64,000 nt of DNA from an uncultured Bacteroidales bacterium (GCA_964521285.1 CAZFQS010000012.1:15683-79682), one strand, 5' to 3'. Positions 40,715 through 50,703 are shown, counted from the first letter of the stretch. Program-made: numbers and translations. Notes: generated by a model from the letters alone, not told the origin.

Positions 40715-42169
40715 ATGAGAAAGACGGTCCTGCTACTAGTTATAATCTTAACAATTTCAAACTGCGAAATTGTTGCTCACTCAGGCAAGCCACAGTACTA
40801 TATTATTATAGATACCGATTGTGCCATTGATGATTTAAGGGCAGTTACTTTACTGCTGGCTTCATCAAAGGTGCAAGTTCTTGGTATTACAACATCAGAT
40901 GGAACCCTTGATCCTGCGAACGGACAGATAAAAGTTGAATCACTTTTAGGGGATTATCATCATGAGGGTATTCCTGTTGCCAGTGGGGAAAGAGTATTGG
41001 AAAATCCGCCTGAATGGAGGGATTTAAATAACAATATATTATGGGGCAAAGAAGAATTAACGGGAAATAATGGTAATAACTTAAATGCAAGGGATTTTAT
41101 AATTGAGGCTGTTAAAAGTGAAAAAGAGCCGGTAACTATGATTTGTCTTGGTAGTCTTTCAAATATTTCACATGCAATACAGAAGGATGATAGTATCAGG
41201 AAACAAATACAAAGAATAATCTGGTTTAACAAAACCCCTGATATTTTTAACGGCACAAATTATCGGTTCGACAAAAAATCTGCAGACTATGTTCTTAACT
41301 CAGGTATTAACATTGATATTGTTACAAATCCGGATAAAGATATATTTAAGATTGATAATATTCTTATGGACAGTATATCAAAGATAAATTCAATTTATGC
41401 AAATAAAGTATTTGAGGTTCATCAGCAAAAGGATTTGAAAAACTCAACACATCAAGGATATAAAAGCCTGTGGGATGATTTGGTGCCTGTTTACCTTATG
41501 TCTTCAATGACTTTTACAATTGATAGTTCTTCTGAATATGATAATGTAAGAATGGTTACTCCTGTTGATCTAAGCCAGATAAATACACAAATTATTGATA
41601 TTCTGAATGTTAATAAAAATGTTAGCAGTAAAATATTTCTGGGTTTCCCGGCTGACCCTGAACTTTTCCAGGAAGATGTTGCTGAAGTTATGAATGAAAT
41701 AATTCGCAAACATAGCCTTGAAGAATGGAAAATTGGAGTATTGGCAAACGAACTGCACGGTCATCTCGGAATTTATGCGATCATAGGAGTTAAGATGGGA
41801 TTAAGGGCAAGAGAGTTTTTTAACATAGGGATAGATGATATTAAGATTGTTACATATGCCGGAAGAAAACCTCCCTTAAGCTGTATGAATGATGGATTAC
41901 AGGCAAGTACCGGAGGAACACTGGGACACGGACTGATTTTTCTGGCAGATGACAGCAGAACGATGCCAATGGCCCTTTTTTCATATAAAGACAGAACAGT
42001 CTTAATTAAACTAAAAGATGAATATGTGAATATTGTAAGAAATGATATTATGAAATGTATTTCAGAGCACGGAGATTTAACTGAGCCATACTGGAGCTGT
42101 GTGAGGAGACTTGCTATAGAATACTGGCTGGAGTGGGACAGAAATATTATATTTGATTTGGAATATTAA
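40715..42169 (+). CDS. Exported fusion protein: inosine-uridine nucleoside-hydrolase-like domain + FmdE-like domain
   Basis: Signal/lipoprotein-like N-terminus (LTISNC). IIIDTDCAIDDLRAV matches the DTDxxxDD Asp cluster of IUNH folds and MICLGSLSNISHAI the second IUNH block. In the C-terminal ~130 aa, LHGHLGIYAIIGVKMGLRA and SCMNDGLQASTGGTLGHGLI match FmdE-family blocks (HGHxCPG; CxxDxxQxxTGCTxGK) with the Cys residues replaced. Confidence 0.55.
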   Translation: MRKTVLLLVIILTISNCEIVAHSGKPQYYIIIDTDCAIDDLRAVTLLLASSKVQVLGITTSDGTLDPANGQIKVESLLGDYHHEGIPVASGERVLENPPEWRDLNNNILWGKEELTGNNGNNLNARDFIIEAVKSEKEPVTMICLGSLSNISHAIQKDDSIRKQIQRIIWFNKTPDIFNGTNYRFDKKSADYVLNSGINIDIVTNPDKDIFKIDNILMDSISKINSIYANKVFEVHQQKDLKNSTHQGYKSLWDDLVPVYLMSSMTFTIDSSSEYDNVRMVTPVDLSQINTQIIDILNVNKNVSSKIFLGFPADPELFQEDVAEVMNEIIRKHSLEEWKIGVLANELHGHLGIYAIIGVKMGLRAREFFNIGIDDIKIVTYAGRKPPLSCMNDGLQASTGGTLGHGLIFLADDSRTMPMALFSYKDRTVLIKLKDEYVNIVRNDIMKCISEHGDLTEPYWSCVRRLAIEYWLEWDRNIIFDLEY

Positions 42170-42184
42170 TGAAAGGAGTTTTTT

Positions 42185-42898
42185 ATGAGTGACCAGATTT
42201 TAGTTTTAGCGATTAATGCAGCATCTATTGGTTTTATACATACTGTCCTGGGCCCCGATCATTATTTGCCTTTTATTGTATTGTCAAAGGCTAGAAGGTG
42301 GTCAGGTTTCAAGACAGCAATAATAACATTTCTTTGCGGATTAGGGCACGTTGGCAGTTCTATCTTGGTTGGCGCTGTTGGTATTGTATTTGTCCTTGGC
42401 CTTTCAAAAGTTGAGGGAATAGAAGTTATTCGTGGAGATATTGCTGCCTGGGCCTTTATTGTTTTTGGATTTCTCTATATGATATGGGGCTTGATACGGG
42501 CAATAAGGAATAAACCACATAAACATTCTCATTTACATAGTGGGGGAGTTGTTCATGAACATGTGCACACACATTCGGAAGATCATGATCATGTTCATAA
42601 GGGTGAAAAAGCCGTAAGCTTAACTCCCTGGGTGTTATTCATTATTTTTGTGCTGGGCCCCTGTGAGCCATTGATACCTTTGGTAATGTATCCGGCTGCA
42701 AATCATAATATGTTGGGAGCTATTACAGTATCCCTGATATTTGCAGTTACTACAATAGTGACAATGCTTGTTATAGTGTTACTGCTTACTTACGGATTAA
42801 AAGCATTACCTTTTGGAAGGCTGGAAAGATATACCCATGCCATAGCAGGAGCTACTATATTTTTAAGTGGCTGTGCCATTGTTTTGCTTGGATTGTAG
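42185..42898 (+). CDS. NicO/RcnA-superfamily nickel/cobalt permease with central His-rich loop
   Basis: 237 aa, ~6 TM. GFIHTVLGPDHYLP in TM1 (compare the HxxxPGH/HxxxxDH motifs of Ni/Co transporters). Cytoplasmic loop HKHSHLHSGGVVHEHVHTHSEDHDHVH, with VLGPCEPLIPL in the following TM. Confidence 0.6.
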   Translation: MSDQILVLAINAASIGFIHTVLGPDHYLPFIVLSKARRWSGFKTAIITFLCGLGHVGSSILVGAVGIVFVLGLSKVEGIEVIRGDIAAWAFIVFGFLYMIWGLIRAIRNKPHKHSHLHSGGVVHEHVHTHSEDHDHVHKGEKAVSLTPWVLFIIFVLGPCEPLIPLVMYPAANHNMLGAITVSLIFAVTTIVTMLVIVLLLTYGLKALPFGRLERYTHAIAGATIFLSGCAIVLLGL

Positions 42899-42907
42899 AA
42901 GCAGCTA

Positions 42908-43444
42908 TCAGATTCTTTCATAAATACAGAAAGTATAATCAAAAGTATTCATGTTGTCCCTTTTGTTTTGTATTTCAGATACTAATTTCCAGTCAGATTT
43001 ATCCAGTTCGGGATAGAACACATCTCCTTCAATTATTGCATGAATCCGTGTAAGATAAATTCTGTGGGTAATAGTAATTGACTGTTCATAAATGGTGCCT
43101 CCCCCGACAATAAAAACTTCTTTCTCTTTTTTCCCCCGGGGGATATCCAGGGCCTCTTTCAGGGAATGAACAATAATTCCGTCCTCTATTTTAAATTTCC
43201 TGTTCCTTGTAATTACTATGTTTATTCTTTCCTTAAGGGCTTTTCCTTCAGATTCATAGTTCTTTCTTCCCATTATTACGTAGTGCCCCTTTGTTATCCT
43301 GTTAAAATAGGCCATGTCGGCGGGCATTCGCCAGGGCAGTTTATTATTTTTCCCGATTACATTATTTTCTGATACGGCAACAATATGTGAAATTATCATG
43401 TTAAGCTGGGGTTTGATTTGTGTAATTTGTTTATATTCTGCCAA
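42908..43444 (-). CDS. folA: Dihydrofolate reductase
   Basis: VAVSENNVIGKNNKLPWRMPADMAYFNRITKGHYVIMGRKNYES and FIVGGGTIYE blocks. The true start is probably the internal Met (MIISHIVAV). Confidence 0.9.
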   Translation of the reverse strand: MAEYKQITQIKPQLNMIISHIVAVSENNVIGKNNKLPWRMPADMAYFNRITKGHYVIMGRKNYESEGKALKERINIVITRNRKFKIEDGIIVHSLKEALDIPRGKKEKEVFIVGGGTIYEQSITITHRIYLTRIHAIIEGDVFYPELDKSDWKLVSEIQNKRDNMNTFDYTFCIYERI

Positions 43445-43568
43445 TCTTGTTTAAAAAGTTAATTTAAAAAAATATTTATTTTAATGGTACATGATGAGGA
43501 GTATTTGTCTAATTTTATTATAATCTTTGGAGTTAATCTGAAAAATATGAAATTCATCAGGTGTTGCA

Positions 43569-45938
43569 ATGACTCGTAAAATAACCGTTTTTTTTATAAT
43601 AAATATTTTTGTCATAAGCTTCTATGCCCAGGAATACAGACTTAGTGGATATATATATGATTCTATTACAAGTAATGTTTTAACAGGAGCTTCAATATAC
43701 ATTAAGGGGACTTCACCTGGTACAGTCAGTAATAATAATGGTTATTATTCAATTTTACTAAAGGATGGGGAAAATACAATTATTGTATCTTATCTGGGAT
43801 ATAAGTCAGTTGAAAAGACAATAAAAACAGCCACCAATATTAGCATGGACTTTTATCTTAAGCCCGGGGTTATAAGTACGGGTGAGGTAGTGGTTTCAAC
43901 AAAGGATCCAAGAACTAATATAGAAAGTGCTGAAACAGGAATTATTCAGCTGTCAGGAAAAGAGATTGAGCGACTACCTGCTCTTATGGGAGAAGCAGAT
44001 CCTCTAAGAGCTTTACAGTTAAATCCGGGCGTTCAGTCTGCAAGTGAAGGGGTTAGCGGCTATTATGTCAGAGGAGGGGGAACGGATCAAAACCTTATAT
44101 TGCTGGATAATGCTACGGTCTATAATCCTTCTCATGTCCTGGGCTTTTTTTCTGTATTTAATACGGATGCGATCAGAAGTGTAAAATTGATAAAATCAGG
44201 TATACCGGCAAACTATGGGAGCCGGCTGTCTTCAGTTATTGAAATTACAGGCAAAGAAGGGGATTTTAAGAATTACTCAACCAAAGGGAGTATCGGGTTG
44301 ATTTCCTCAAAAATATCATCACAGGGTCCTGTTTTTAAGAACAATAGCTCATTTCTTGTTTCATACCGGAGATCCTATATTGATGAGGTTCTCAAACCAT
44401 TAATCAGACCCCTGGTCAAAGGCTCTTCCTCATTTTATAATTATAGCCGGTATTATTTCTATGATGCCAGTGCCAAGCTAACCTGCAAGATCAATCGAAA
44501 TAATAAACTTTCTTTAACTTATTATAAAGGAAGAGATGATTATGAGCTTGAACGTAATCAGCTAAACTATAAGAATAACCTTAACTGGGGTAATATGGTC
44601 GCATCACTAAACTGGAACCATATTTTCAATGAAAACTGGTATTGCCGGAACAGCATAAGTCTATCAAAATATCAGTTCAGTTTTTCGGCACAACAAAGAG
44701 AAATTAAAATCGGGTTATTTTCAGGCATAGAGGATATAAATTATAAAATAGACTTTAACAGGATTAATATCAATGGAAATGTAATAAGATTTGGAGTTGA
44801 TTATCAATATCATAATTTTATTCCTAATAATATTGATGCAGTTACAAGTGATTTAAACCTGAAATTTGGTGCAAACCAGAACCTTTATTCTCATGAATCA
44901 GCTGTATATATTGCAAATGAAACATCTTTAACAAACAGGCTGAAAATAAATTCTGGATTGAGACTGACAGGCTTTTTACATGTCGGGCCATATGAAGAAT
45001 ATATAAGAGACTACAATAATGAAATTACAGACACTTTTACATATAAATCAGGAGAATTAATAAAACCCTATTTTAATCTGGAGCCAAGAGTATCCTTAAG
45101 ATATTTGCTTAGTGATAATTCTTCTGTCAAGGCTTCTTTTACTACCAGCTATCAATATATTCATCTGGCAACGGCGTCGTCAGTAACATTGCCAACTGAT
45201 ATCTGGTTACCCAGTACAAAAAGAATTAAACCTCAGAAAGGTATGCAGATCTCTGCAGGATATTTTATAAATATGTTTGAAAACTTAGTTACAGGCTCTG
45301 TTGACATATATTATAAGGATTTTAGGAACCAGATTGAACTTTTATACGGCATAGTCAACGATTATAGTGATAACATATTTGAGGAAAGCATAACATTTGG
45401 CAACGGACAATCTTACGGAATAGAATTACTCTTACGAAAACAAAAGGGTAAGGCTACCGGATGGTTAGGTTATACCCTGGGAAAAACCACAAGACAATTT
45501 AATGAAATAAATGAAGGAGATATATATCCTGCCAAATATGACAGAAGGCATGATATAAACCTGGTATTATCCTATGAACTTAATGGTAAATGGACTTTCG
45601 CATCAACATTTATATATGCCACAGGTAATGCCATGACATTACCTGTAGGAAAATATATCATTGAAGGACAAGTTATAAATGAATATGGCAGGACAAATTC
45701 CTTCCGGATGCCTGCATATCACAGACTTGATTTGTCAGTTACCTATCTGGCTAAAAAGACAGACAAATTTGAATCCAGCTGGAATTTCTCTGTTTTCAAT
45801 GTTTACAGCAGGTCAAATCCCTTTTATATTTATTTTGAGATCAGGGAAGACATTTCTAACTACTATCTTGAAATAAATGCAAAACAGATTTCCCTATTTC
45901 CGGTAATGCCTTCATTGACATGGAGTTTCAGATTCTAA
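43569..45938 (+). CDS. TonB-dependent receptor with CarboxypepD_reg-like N-domain
   Basis: 789 aa. LSGYIYDSITSNVLTGASIYIKGTS, a plug (LRALQLNPGVQSASEG...YVRGGGTDQNLILLDNATVYN), and a barrel ending ...LTWSFRF. Confidence 0.8.
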   Translation: MTRKITVFFIINIFVISFYAQEYRLSGYIYDSITSNVLTGASIYIKGTSPGTVSNNNGYYSILLKDGENTIIVSYLGYKSVEKTIKTATNISMDFYLKPGVISTGEVVVSTKDPRTNIESAETGIIQLSGKEIERLPALMGEADPLRALQLNPGVQSASEGVSGYYVRGGGTDQNLILLDNATVYNPSHVLGFFSVFNTDAIRSVKLIKSGIPANYGSRLSSVIEITGKEGDFKNYSTKGSIGLISSKISSQGPVFKNNSSFLVSYRRSYIDEVLKPLIRPLVKGSSSFYNYSRYYFYDASAKLTCKINRNNKLSLTYYKGRDDYELERNQLNYKNNLNWGNMVASLNWNHIFNENWYCRNSISLSKYQFSFSAQQREIKIGLFSGIEDINYKIDFNRININGNVIRFGVDYQYHNFIPNNIDAVTSDLNLKFGANQNLYSHESAVYIANETSLTNRLKINSGLRLTGFLHVGPYEEYIRDYNNEITDTFTYKSGELIKPYFNLEPRVSLRYLLSDNSSVKASFTTSYQYIHLATASSVTLPTDIWLPSTKRIKPQKGMQISAGYFINMFENLVTGSVDIYYKDFRNQIELLYGIVNDYSDNIFEESITFGNGQSYGIELLLRKQKGKATGWLGYTLGKTTRQFNEINEGDIYPAKYDRRHDINLVLSYELNGKWTFASTFIYATGNAMTLPVGKYIIEGQVINEYGRTNSFRMPAYHRLDLSVTYLAKKTDKFESSWNFSVFNVYSRSNPFYIYFEIREDISNYYLEINAKQISLFPVMPSLTWSFRF

Positions 45939-45944
45939 ATTTAT

Positions 45945-46847
45945 GTGGTTATGAGTGTAAGTATTAATATTAACAGTTTAATTTATAGATTATTAAGAGT
46001 TACTTTTTTCCTGATAGTTGCAAGTACTGCCCAGTTTTGTGAAAAGGAATTAAGCATTGAATTGCCTCAACCTGAGAGTAAAATAGTTGTTGAGGGATGG
46101 ATTGAAGACGGAGGATATCCCAATGTAATATTAACACGCAGCGCTCCTTACTTTTCATCCATAGATTCAGGTTCACTGAGAGATTATGTTGTCACAAAAG
46201 CAAAAGTGACAATAGTTACGGGTGATCAGTACGAAGTTCTTACCCTTAAACCCAATGATGCATATTTTCCGCCTTATGTATATTTTGGCAGTGAGCTCCG
46301 GGGTGAAGTACAGGGAACATATCATCTCAAGGTAGAATTTGAGGACAGTGATAATAATGTATATGCTTCAACGTCCATTCCTGAATTAACTGAACCTGAT
46401 AGTGTGTGGTTTCAGCTTGAACCCGGATCCGATAGCCTTGGTCGTATCTGGATCAAATTATCTGATAATCCGGGTGAAAACAATTATTACCGGTTATTAA
46501 CCAGAAGAAAAGGAAAAGATAAACGCTATGTTGCCAGTTTTAAATCAGCTTTCAGTGATAAATTGTTTAATGGTGAGACTATTGTCCAGGGTTTTAACAG
46601 GGGACTTTCAGATTTGCTGGATTTTACCCGGGATAATTTGTTCAGGCTGGGGGACACTATAAGTGTGAAATTTTGTTCTTTAGATAAAGAGCATTATGAA
46701 TTCTGGAATACTTATCAAAATGAAATTTTATTATCAGCCAATCCTTTTTCGGCCAGTAATGCAAGGGTAAGAAGCAATATACAGAATGGCCTTGGTATCT
46801 GGGGTGGATATGCTGCCAGCTACCATACGGTTATAGCAAAAAAGTAA
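45945..46847 (+). CDS. DUF4249-like protein, the usual partner of this TBDR type
   Basis: Starts 7 nt after the TBDR stop. The C-terminal NIQNGLGIWGGYAAS resembles the conserved DUF4249 ending. The start is GTG 45945 or ATG 45951. Confidence 0.55.
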   Translation: MVMSVSININSLIYRLLRVTFFLIVASTAQFCEKELSIELPQPESKIVVEGWIEDGGYPNVILTRSAPYFSSIDSGSLRDYVVTKAKVTIVTGDQYEVLTLKPNDAYFPPYVYFGSELRGEVQGTYHLKVEFEDSDNNVYASTSIPELTEPDSVWFQLEPGSDSLGRIWIKLSDNPGENNYYRLLTRRKGKDKRYVASFKSAFSDKLFNGETIVQGFNRGLSDLLDFTRDNLFRLGDTISVKFCSLDKEHYEFWNTYQNEILLSANPFSASNARVRSNIQNGLGIWGGYAASYHTVIAKK

Positions 46848-46877
46848 AATACTGGTCTAAAGGTTATATAAAAGAAA

Positions 46878-46915
46878 AATGTCATTCTGCATAAAGCAAA
46901 GAATGACATTTTTTT
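46878..46915. terminator. Bidirectional rho-independent terminator between convergent genes
   Basis: AATGTCATTCT-11 nt loop-AGAATGACATT (perfect 11-bp stem) followed by TTTTT. It is preceded by an A-run, so both transcripts end in a U-tract. Confidence 0.65.
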
Positions 46916-46951
46916 ACCTTTCCGTGAGGCAGCGGATATTATTTTCTGTCT

Positions 46952-48331
46952 CTAATAATCAATAGGTTCAATATCTGCATCGTATTCTTCATTTAATTCA
47001 GTAGTGAAATCATTTAATGCATCTACGAAATCGCTAAAACCCTCTTCAAAATATGTTTCCGCATCAACTTTTGAACCATCGGCAAATATAAACCTGACAT
47101 CAATATAATAATCATCTTCATCTTCATCATATACCTTATAAAATTCGAGATCAGCGATCTTTTCATTAGTGTCCTTGTAAACTACTACTAATGTAGCATG
47201 AGTGTTTATTGCCGCTATACGCTGATCTAATTCCTCTTCAGTGATCTCATCATCTTCTTCTGTTTCTTTTATAATATCAGCCAGTTGTTTTATGTTAACC
47301 ATTCCTACCATTTTTAAATTCATTGCAATTAAATAAGCATTTGCGGAATGGATAATCTCTTCAGCTTCAACTTCTTCCCACTCATCAATCCAGTCAATTT
47401 CATCTGTTTCATACCATCCAAATTCCTGATCCCAGTTCCATATGTAAATTGTATCGTAATGAGTAACTGTATTATTTTCAATATTCTCATCACTCCAGTC
47501 TCCATTTCCTGTGGCATGTACTTCTATCAGAATGTCATTGTTATGTTTGAACGAAGAAGTTATTGAGGCATTTGTATATGGGTTATGGGTCATAGTAAGA
47601 ACAAAAGAGAATTCATCAACAGAGAGTGTTGCATTTATACTTGTTGGTAAACCACTGGTAGCATATGCAGCACTAAAATTAAAGGAGGAGACAGTGTTCC
47701 CGTTATACTTTAAGTCTATTTGCAGACTGGATGGTAGTTCAGGTTCAATATCCTCTGCAGGCCATACTTCCATTGGATCAGGTATATCATAGAAATTAAC
47801 ATTACTAACGGTAATTGTTGCGGTATTTGTCAAGTCTCCTTCTAAACCGGGAAATTCAAATATTAACACACCTGCTGATCCTGAACTGTCAAACTGACCA
47901 TTATTAAAGTTCCATGTGTACCTGGCAGCTATATTTTCCCATTCCTCAGATAATGATATGGGGTCTTCAGCAGTTGATTTTATTTCTCTGAGAACGTCAT
48001 TTGGAGTGGCATCTCCGGTTTTTATAGATGCTACCATTTCTAATGGTTCAAGTAATTTACTCGCTTCCGGTTCTTCATCAAACGCGCTATCCATCAAATT
48101 AATAAATTCTATTATTATTTCAATGGCCTGTACATCTTCCAACTGAGTGATTTCATCCATCATATCCACGCCGGTCTGCTCCAGGTTATCCTTATTCTCT
48201 TCGGTTGTGTTATTACTAAATGGAGCACTAAATGCAGGGTCTGTCTGGTCGCCACCTGTTTTTTTATCTTTTTCACATGCGACAAAAGATATAATTAAAA
48301 ATATTCCCAGAATTATCAGATTTCTTTTCAT
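46952..48331 (-). CDS. Highly acidic lipoprotein of unknown function
   Basis: Lipobox ISFVACEKDKK. 459 aa, very D/E-rich, with no recognisable catalytic motif. Confidence 0.5.
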   Translation of the reverse strand: MKRNLIILGIFLIISFVACEKDKKTGGDQTDPAFSAPFSNNTTEENKDNLEQTGVDMMDEITQLEDVQAIEIIIEFINLMDSAFDEEPEASKLLEPLEMVASIKTGDATPNDVLREIKSTAEDPISLSEEWENIAARYTWNFNNGQFDSSGSAGVLIFEFPGLEGDLTNTATITVSNVNFYDIPDPMEVWPAEDIEPELPSSLQIDLKYNGNTVSSFNFSAAYATSGLPTSINATLSVDEFSFVLTMTHNPYTNASITSSFKHNNDILIEVHATGNGDWSDENIENNTVTHYDTIYIWNWDQEFGWYETDEIDWIDEWEEVEAEEIIHSANAYLIAMNLKMVGMVNIKQLADIIKETEEDDEITEEELDQRIAAINTHATLVVVYKDTNEKIADLEFYKVYDEDEDDYYIDVRFIFADGSKVDAETYFEEGFSDFVDALNDFTTELNEEYDADIEPIDY

Positions 48332-48588
48332 AATTATGGATTTTAGATTTATTAAAATTTTGCTATTTATTAATAATTTTTTAGTACTAATTTTTTTATA
48401 CGATGAATTATATTATTAGTTATTATGATCCGCGATTATTATTAAAATCAATACTGGATATTTATTAAACAGTCGTGTTAAGGTATACTAAATATAATAT
48501 TTCAGAAAATTATTTCCAATTATTTATATAAACTTTTGAACAGAACTTTATAGTGCTAATTAGTATTTATTTTAAAAGAGAATGGTTT

Positions 48589-50703
48589 TTACTGGTGTCT
48601 TATTCCAACCAGGGTAATATCATCCAGCTGTTCATAGTCTCCTATCCAGTCTATTATATATTTTTGAAAGTATTGTTTTTGTTTATCCATCGAAAGGTGA
48701 TGATTGGATATAAGCATATTTTGAAAGTTTTTAAATTTTAAAGGTCTGAACGTTTCTCCCCCAAACTGGTCATAATATCCATCAGAAAACAAATATATAT
48801 GATCACCTTTTTTCAGTTTAATGGTCTCGTTAGTAAAACCACATTTATTTTCAAATATAGTGCCTCCGATTAAGTATCTGGTCCCTTTATAAACTGTTTC
48901 ATTTCCGTTGGAAATGATACATATAGGCATGAATGAACCTGAAAAGGTTAATATGTCATCTTTAATTGAGCATAATGCTATATCCATACCGTCCATGATA
49001 CAACTATTCTCAGCTTCCTTAACCAGCAAAGGTTTTAGAGAAGCATCGAGCTTGTATAATATTTCAGCAGGTTCTGTTCTTCCTTCTTCGACTATTATTT
49101 TATTTAATAAGGTATTCCCAATTACTGACATTAAAGCTGCTGAAACACCATGGCCTGTGCAGTCAATAAGTGCAAAAATTTTAGTGTCATCAATGCTTTT
49201 ATACCATATAAAATCACCCCCGATAATATCTTTTGGCATAAATAAGATAAAGGAATTCTGGAAAAGTCTTTTAAAATCACTGTGAGATGGTAGAAGTGCT
49301 GTCTGGATGATTTTTGCATAATTCAGGTTATCAGTAATTATATCACTTTTCTGGGTTATTAAAAAATTCTGATCAACCAGCAATTGTGTAGTCTTCTTTA
49401 AGTTTTTCATGGATCTTACGAGTATCACTACAAGGACTGAAATAGCGATTATTATTATTACAGAAATAAATAAAATAATCCTGTTTCTTCTTAGTTCAGA
49501 TAATTTAATTTCTGTATTATGTTTTAGTATTATATTCTCTTTTTTCTGTGATTCATAATTTGTACTGATTTCCGTAATTTGTTTGTTGCTTTCCAGTTTA
49601 TAAATACTATCTGCCAGGATATTGTACTTGTTATTATATTCATATGCATTTCTGAAATCCTGTTTAAAAGCATATGCTTTAGCTATAGAAAAATAGTCCG
49701 CTTTTAAAAGTTCGGGATTATTTATTTTTTCCGCAATCTCAATACTTTTCCGGTAATTACTGATTGCCAGATCCAAATCATTATTTTTAACATGCATATT
49801 AGCAATATCATATAACAAGACAGACAATCCGGCATAATTTTCCAGCTTATCAAATATTATTTTACCTAATCTGTAGTAATATAAAGCTTTACGGGTGTCA
49901 TTTATTTCTGAAAAAATATTACCAATATTAATATATGACTCAGCTATATCCTTTTCAGCATTAATTTCCCTTCTATAATTAAGGGCCATTCTATGATAAT
50001 AAAGTGAACTGTCAAAATAGCTTTTATCTTCGCTAATACCTTTATTAAGATATATAAGGCCAATATTATTTAAGATTGAAGAAATAAATTGTTTGTCTGC
50101 AATATTTTCCTTTAGATTCAATGACCGGGAATAATATTTGAGTGCATTATTATATTCTCCCTTATGATGATATGCTGTGCCCAGATTATTTAGTGACTTA
50201 GCAATTTCTGGAGAGTCATGATATTTTTCACTCAGTTCCAGTGCAAGAAATCCATATTTTATTGATTCTTCATACTGACATAATATATTATATACCGGAA
50301 TAATATCATTATAAGCAGATATTAACTGCCTTTCATCAGGTATTTTCTTTATAACATCTGTAGCTTCATTAAAGTAATATAGTGCCGAGTCATATAAATT
50401 CTTCATATAATAAAACTTACCCAGGGTATGTAAACAATTTACGATGCTTTGTTTATTCTTTATTTTCCTGGATATTAATAATGCCTTTTTACTCAGATAT
50501 ATTGAAGAATTGATATCGTTGAAGGAAATCTCACGGGCGAGACTGTTATATGATTTTACAAGATTACTATCATTTTCTGAAACAGTATTAATGTTATACA
50601 GGTTCTTTTTCAGGTTATTTTCAGAATTGGAAATAGCGGGATGAATTATACTGCTTATTATTAAATAGCAAAAATAAAAATATTTCCCGGCAGCCACTTT
50701 CAT
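48589..50703 (-). CDS. TPR-repeat sensor with TM helix and C-terminal PP2C/SpoIIE-type serine phosphatase domain
   Basis: Multiple TPR-like repeats (NNLGTAYHHKGEYNNALKYY...), TM ILFISVIIIIAISVLVVILV, and a phosphatase block GGDFIWY...IDCTGHGVSAALMS...LFSDGYYDQFG. Confidence 0.8.
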   Translation of the reverse strand: MKVAAGKYFYFCYLIISSIIHPAISNSENNLKKNLYNINTVSENDSNLVKSYNSLAREISFNDINSSIYLSKKALLISRKIKNKQSIVNCLHTLGKFYYMKNLYDSALYYFNEATDVIKKIPDERQLISAYNDIIPVYNILCQYEESIKYGFLALELSEKYHDSPEIAKSLNNLGTAYHHKGEYNNALKYYSRSLNLKENIADKQFISSILNNIGLIYLNKGISEDKSYFDSSLYYHRMALNYRREINAEKDIAESYINIGNIFSEINDTRKALYYYRLGKIIFDKLENYAGLSVLLYDIANMHVKNNDLDLAISNYRKSIEIAEKINNPELLKADYFSIAKAYAFKQDFRNAYEYNNKYNILADSIYKLESNKQITEISTNYESQKKENIILKHNTEIKLSELRRNRIILFISVIIIIAISVLVVILVRSMKNLKKTTQLLVDQNFLITQKSDIITDNLNYAKIIQTALLPSHSDFKRLFQNSFILFMPKDIIGGDFIWYKSIDDTKIFALIDCTGHGVSAALMSVIGNTLLNKIIVEEGRTEPAEILYKLDASLKPLLVKEAENSCIMDGMDIALCSIKDDILTFSGSFMPICIISNGNETVYKGTRYLIGGTIFENKCGFTNETIKLKKGDHIYLFSDGYYDQFGGETFRPLKFKNFQNMLISNHHLSMDKQKQYFQKYIIDWIGDYEQLDDITLVGIRHQ

